Made by a program: the position numbers and the translations under genes. DNA of 63,165 bases, filler included, from Rhabdomonas costata (taxonomy: Eukaryota): NCBI GenBank assembly GCA_019059605.1. It is 45 parts of 45 records of this genome, joined end to end, with 100 filler letters (N's around TTAATTAATTAA, not from the genome) between each part and the next. Parts side by side here need not be neighbours in the genome. Positions count along the whole stretch, not along the records: positions 59,052 to 60,356 come from JAHMHO010019955.1; positions 60,457 to 61,761 come from JAHMHO010019956.1; positions 61,862 to 63,165 come from JAHMHO010019957.1; 42 more parts are not named here. The stretch is one strand, 5' to 3'. Of this stretch, positions 60,137-63,165 are shown one piece after another (within the stretch, counting starts at the first letter, position 1; each line of letters begins with the position of its first letter). The notes under the pieces are model-generated. The model was not told the origin of the DNA and ran no database searches. It saw only the letters and a list, made by a program, of their open reading frames with translations.

Positions 60137-61861
60137 CTCACAAGAGTCGTGTGAGGGGACCACTGGACCTAATGATCCCCCACCCACCCCAAAAATGACG
60201 ACGTGAAACGCAGACAACACAACAGTGCCCCGTCTCAATTCCATCGCCATAACCTGCTCCCTGTCATCGACGGACAGAAGAGAAAATCGAAAACATCGCA
60301 CGTACCAGTAAAACATGAATACTACTAGTTTCTGTGGGGTACGAGCCAAAAAACAANNNNNNNNNNNNNNNNNNNNNNNNNNNNNNNNNNNNNNNNNNNN
60401 TTAATTAATTAANNNNNNNNNNNNNNNNNNNNNNNNNNNNNNNNNNNNNNNNNNNNGTGTGTGGTGTGGTAGGTGTCACGTTGGGGCTGTTGGCGTTGCT
60501 TTTGGTGGTGGGTTGCGTTGTCTGTGGTATCCGTGTGCTTGTTGTAGGGTGTGTCGTAGTGTGGCTGATGGTGTGATGGGTGACATTGGGCCTTGCTGGG
60601 GAGAGTGGTGACATGGGTGTGCAGTGATGTAACCCAACGTATGGCGATGCATCAAGGCCTCAGTCAGTGGTAGGACACATCACCCTAGCAACCCATGGGC
60701 ATGGTTACCGTGGTAGTAGTGAAATGCTTTCCATTGTGGGTTAGGGACTGGTTTTGAAGAATAACCCAACCCTAGCGTATGGGCTGTAGGTGTAGTGTAT
60801 CGGCTACATAATACTACCGTTATATGCCTCATGTGTAGGTTTAGCGCTTCACCCAGTGTTGTGATGTCATGGGCTGTGTGGTGGTGGTCAGGACTGCTCA
60901 GCGCAGTGTGTGTAGTTGATTAACCTGTACCGTTCCTACACGACATTGCCTCTGTTGTTTGCAGTGGCCTCTAATAGCATAATTCATCGTTGCGAAGATC
61001 ATCACGTGAGGGCGTCTGGATTCCAGCCTGCCGTACAATTCGTGTTTCAACAAAGTAGGAATGAAGGCTAACTTGATCACTTTGTGTGGTGCCGTATTGC
61101 GTCCGACACTTACCTAGGAGATCCCGAGTGACTTCCTCTGAACTGGAACCAGAGACAGAGACGGAATTGGAGACAGAAACTGAGAGAGCCACAGCACCAA
61201 CACTTAATACATAGCCAACACCTGAGACAGAAGCAGAGACAGAAGCCGAAACCTGAGACACAGACACGAAGGCAACGACCCAGCACACGAACACCACCAC
61301 CCACTGCACACCCATGTCACCACTCTCCCCAGCAAGGCCCAATGTCACCCATCACACCATCAGCCACACTACGACACCCTACAACAAGAACACGGATACC
61401 ACAGACAACGCAACCCACCATCACAAGCAACGCCAACAGCCCCAACGTGACACCTACCACACAACGAACGCTAAAGCACCAGAGACAGATACAGAAATAA
61501 CTCAGCAACACCAACATCATAGCGAACACTAACAACAACTCTACCACACCCACTACACAGACACACCTACATACACAGACTCCGACACAAACTACGACAC
61601 CGACACCGACTCCAACATCACCAACCACTCCGACTTTACAACAACCAACACACTACGCAATAACCTACGCTACAGGAACAAAAACAATAATAATAATCAA
61701 CTTGATACCATTTTGAGAGTGCAAAGCATGACATGAAGTAGAATCAGGAATACACAAACCCNNNNNNNNNNNNNNNNNNNNNNNNNNNNNNNNNNNNNNN
61801 NNNNNTTAATTAATTAANNNNNNNNNNNNNNNNNNNNNNNNNNNNNNNNNNNNNNNNNNNN

Positions 61862-62657
61862 ACTGAGGAGCTCGACAAGAAGGACGGCGGAGAAGGAGAG
61901 GACCAGGTCCAGGGCTGTTTCTTGAACTGTCAAGAGACCTCATGAAAATGATTTCGCGGTTGTTTTACCGTTGCTAACTATCTGACTGACTCATTGGCTC
62001 CCCCTTCTGTTTTTCATGTATATGCCCACTCCGATGAGCAGAGTTCTGGGCAAGGTTATTGTCATGTGAATGTGCACTATTACTAACAGGGTCCGTGCTG
62101 CCAAGCTAGCCTTTGACCGCCCATAATTGGGCTGCCTCGTAGTAGCTCCAAGTAGGCTTTTACCGCGCCTCTCGGTACGGCGATGGGGTCATCCTGGAAA
62201 TCAGGAGAGCAGACACCGCTATTCCCCCCTCTCCAAGAGAGCGGGATACCTACCTAGCCGTAATGGGGTCCAAAGAAGGTTTGTGACAGTCGAAGCACCC
62301 AAACAACATATGCATTACTGTGCTCTCTGTACGTTCGTGTTGCTGGGAATGGATTGGCAAAACCTGGGCTTGCATTGAAAAGCCTATGTTCTCTTTCCAA
62401 GTCAAGCATGGCATTTGGTGACAGGTATGATAACGCATTCTCGTTGTTCATCTCTGCCCTGTGGTGATCTAGCTGGTGTGTATTTCGGTGTGCCTTTTTT
62501 TTAGGATGAGGAGCAGTCTGAGCCCGACGATGAGATGGGCTCTGTGGGTGAGAATGGCGAGGCTCAAGGCAAGCAGCGCGACAGCGACAGCGACCGCGGG
62601 GACCGCTCCGACGTCGATGACGAGACCGCGGCCAACCGCGCACAGAAGGCCGAGAAG
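61862..62657 (+). CDS. Acidic D/E-rich protein exons (61862-61906, 62505-62657), possibly a midasin-like linker
   Basis: TEELDKKDGGEGEDQ|DEEQSEPDDEMGSVGE... joined by an in-frame GT-AG intron. The family call rests on composition only. Confidence 0.4.
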
Positions 62658-63165
62658 GTGCACCTGGGGAAGGGGCGGTGACGTGGGCGGGGTAGAGGTT
62701 TCTTTCTATGCAGTGCTTGCGAAGGTGCAGCTGGAAGGCTGCGTGTGTGTGGAAGGTGATTATGGCTGGCTCAGCATTTTCAGGGAAGAAGTTCGGTATT
62801 CGTGATGTAAATGAGGGGGGTTGTGGGAGACCGTCCGGACCACAAGGAAACCCTTCTCCGAATCGTAATCTGCTTCGCCTTCCAGGGCCCTGTATATTGG
62901 AGCGCACATCGAAATTGAGTTCATCTGCTACGCTGCGAGGTCTTGGACGTCTATGAGTCGTGCGAGTACCAATTTCCGCCAGCAGCAGCCATCACCATTG
63001 TTGCAGCAAAGTGGAGATACTCCTTTATTAAAACCACCAGTTAGTTCGAAAGTGTCTACGGGACAAAAGGCACACAGCGTCCGTTGTACTGAATGTAGGG
63101 GTTGATAAAATTGCATAACGCTGTCAGACACTTCACCCCCCCCCCCAAAAAAAAAAAACACCAAC

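Noticed and set aside
1307..61861. Regularly spaced TTAATTAATTAA repeats resembling an array
   Set aside because: Artificial spacer inside N runs; not CRISPR and not biological. ORFs ending in XXX-LIN are artefacts of it.
1..63165. Gene clusters or operon-like systems across neighbouring contigs
   Set aside because: Contigs appear to be ordered by length, so adjacency carries no information.
1..63165. Euglenid non-conventional (non GT/GC-AG, stem-loop) introns
   Set aside because: Every intron I could fix by homology resolves to GT-AG or GC-AG. They may exist in genes I could not recognise.

Overview
This window is not one locus. It is 45 unrelated contigs of about 1.3 kb each, joined by an artificial N44-TTAATTAATTAA-N44 spacer, so neighbouring features are not physically linked. 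The DNA is eukaryotic and intron-rich, most likely from a euglenid or related euglenozoan. The support is a Euglena-type pyruvate:NADP+ oxidoreductase (PFO-flavodoxin fusion), an axonemal-type dynein, a kinetoplastid-like class III cyclase domain and probable trans-splice acceptors just upstream of ATGs. G/T-only contig starts, A/C-only contig ends and perfect terminal fold-backs point to whole-genome amplification of single-cell or low-input material. Recognisable gene fragments: NDUFA12-family protein, PPDK, HUWE1/Tom1-like E3, PNO, cation:proton antiporter, Vms1/ANKZF1, Xaa-Pro aminopeptidase, WD40 proteins, kinesin, ankyrin protein, MgtA-like P-type ATPase, hemerythrin, a catalytically degenerate cyclase, a complete glutaredoxin-like gene, dynein heavy chain and NIPP1. 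Mobile elements: Ty3/gypsy, non-LTR and CRE-like retroelements, and two unclassified interspersed repeat families. The most interesting signals are (i) an unusual 5' splice-site code (GYNYG, pyrimidine at +4) with apparently frequent GC-AG introns, (ii) an anaerobic/oxygen-sensing toolkit alongside a complex I-related gene, (iii) a pseudo-cyclase and a degenerate FHA domain, and (iv) repeats built from C-GNA-G DNA mini-hairpins. No prokaryotic defence system or CRISPR array is present. All family calls come from motif recall, not database searches.
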